This document shows positions 62,849 through 64,000 of a DNA stretch of 64,000 nucleotides, in pieces (position 1 is the first letter of the stretch; the number at the start of each line of letters is the position of its first letter). Under the pieces are notes generated by a model. The model saw only the letters and a list, made by a program, of their open reading frames with translations. It searched no databases and had not been told where the DNA came from. The position numbers were made by a program, and so were the translations under genes. Source of the stretch: Sphingomonas sp. (GTDB lineage Bacteria > Pseudomonadota > Alphaproteobacteria > Sphingomonadales > Sphingomonadaceae); contig JBJXEC010000004.1 in the NCBI GenBank assembly GCA_046155125.1, forward strand, positions 457 through 64,456, in the 5' to 3' direction.

Positions 62849-64000
62849 ATGGCCGCTTTGCCTGTGCCAAAGTTGACCGCGGCCGCGCTTGCCCGGGGTG
62901 GTGCGCTGCCTGTCGCGATCCTGCTGCTTGTGCTGTTGATGGTGGTGCCGATCCCGGCGGCCATGCTCGACATTTTCTTCATCATGAACATCACCATCAG
63001 CCTGGCCGTGCTGATGGTGGCGCTAAACGCGCAAAAACCGCTCGATTTCTCGGCGTTTCCAAGCGTGCTTCTGTTCGCGACGTTGTTCCGGCTGTCACTG
63101 AACGTCGCGTCGACGCGCGTCGTGTTGGTGCACGGGCATGAGGGCGAGGGTGCTGCAGGCCATGTCATTGAGGCGTTCGGCACCTTCCTGATCGGCGGCG
63201 ACTATGTCGTTGGCCTGTTCGTGTTCGCCATCCTCGTCATCATCAACATGATCGTGGTGACCAAGGGCGCCGGCCGTGTGTCCGAAGTCTCGGCGCGGTT
63301 CACGCTCGATGCGTTGCCGGGCAAGCAAATCGCCATCGACGCCGATTTGAACGCAGGCCTCATCACGGCCGAAGAAGCCAAGGCGCGCCGTATTGAGGTG
63401 TCGACGGAAGCCGATTTCTACGGCTCGATGGACGGTTCGTCCAAATTCGTGAAGGGCGATGCCGTTGCCGGCCTGCTGATCCTTGCCGCCAACATCGTCG
63501 GCGGCCTCATTCTCGGGCCTGTGAGCCACGGCCTTAGCCTGGCCGATGCGGCGCACACTTATGTGCTGCTGGCGATTGGTGACGCGCTTGTCGCGCAGGT
63601 GCCATCGCTGATGCTGTCAATTGCAGCGGCGACCATCGTGACGCGCGTAACCTCGGCCCATGATCTTGCCGGGCAGATCGGCAGCCAGTTCGGCTCGGCC
63701 AAGACCTGGACGCCGGTTGCCGCCATCCTCGCGCTGCTCGGCGTCATGCCCGGCATGCCGCATTTCATCATTCTGCCCGCCGCAGCCCTTGCCGGCTATA
63801 TGGCGTGGCGCATGCGCCAGTTCGCGCTGCGCCCCGTGATCGAGGACAAGCCCGCCGAGGCGCCTGCTGATCCTTCACAGATCAATTGGGAAGATGTCGC
63901 CGACACCATTCAGGTCAATCTCGACATTGGCTATGGCCTTGTCCCGCTGGTCGATGAAAAGCGCGGTGCGCCGCTGATGGGCCGCATTACCGGCGTTCGT
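62849..64000 (+). CDS. flhA: flagellar type III export apparatus protein FlhA (N-terminal 384 codons; continues past the window)
   Basis: Hand translation from ATG 62849 gives MAALPVPKL...FPSVLLFATLFRLSLNVASTRVVL...VVTKGAGRVSEVSARFTLDALPGKQIAIDADLNAG, which are canonical FlhA blocks. It is absent from the ORF track because there is no stop in the window. Confidence 0.95.
   Translation, partial: MAALPVPKLTAAALARGGALPVAILLLVLLMVVPIPAAMLDIFFIMNITISLAVLMVALNAQKPLDFSAFPSVLLFATLFRLSLNVASTRVVLVHGHEGEGAAGHVIEAFGTFLIGGDYVVGLFVFAILVIINMIVVTKGAGRVSEVSARFTLDALPGKQIAIDADLNAGLITAEEAKARRIEVSTEADFYGSMDGSSKFVKGDAVAGLLILAANIVGGLILGPVSHGLSLADAAHTYVLLAIGDALVAQVPSLMLSIAAATIVTRVTSAHDLAGQIGSQFGSAKTWTPVAAILALLGVMPGMPHFIILPAAALAGYMAWRMRQFALRPVIEDKPAEAPADPSQINWEDVADTIQVNLDIGYGLVPLVDEKRGAPLMGRITGVR

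Overview
This is a visibly high-GC bacterial chromosome segment (G+C not computed) that is densely coding, with many 1-4 nt start/stop overlaps. The gene content suggests an alphaproteobacterium, probably Sphingomonadaceae. That placement is inferred from an Atm1-type exporter N-terminus, a crtG/crtY/crtI/crtB pigment cluster and several TonB-dependent receptors; no search was run.

Gene order, left to right:
- Partial Atm1-like ABC exporter.
- Carotenoid operon crtY-crtI-LOG-crtB, with a divergent crtG-like hydroxylase plus a DUF2141 gene.
- MipA-family outer membrane protein and a DoxX-like protein.
- TPP riboswitch, thiC and a small membrane protein.
- VOC protein and an AraC regulator.
- A tightly coupled minus-strand operon: aldo/keto reductase, SsuD-family monooxygenase, FMN reductase, and a SorAB-like sulfite dehydrogenase with its cytochrome c.
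- Gfo/Idh/MocA oxidoreductase, TonB-dependent receptor, MFS transporter, YeiH transporter and a LacI regulator.
- Housekeeping genes: class A PBP, threonine aldolase, EamA transporter, SDR, pepN, cysteine-desulfurase-like protein, FadR-type regulator and acs (overlapped by an upstream TonB-dependent receptor).
- An 11-gene sugar operon: rfbF-rfbG-rfbH, an aldolase-like protein, a ThDP enzyme, a HAD hydrolase, an SDR, a mini Wzz-like protein and a GtrB-like/GtrA/GT-C module.
- A large flagellar locus: motAB, flgLKJIHGFEDCB, a second stator-like pair, flgA, flgM, flgN, an SLT-domain gene and partial flhA.

I found no rRNA, tRNA, CRISPR array, IS element or prophage. The two most interesting regions are the sugar operon (37.1-48.0 kb) and the sulfonate/sulfite operon (11.6-15.7 kb). 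All family calls come from motifs read by eye and remembered family knowledge. Start codons were often moved inward from the ORF track and remain uncertain by a few codons.
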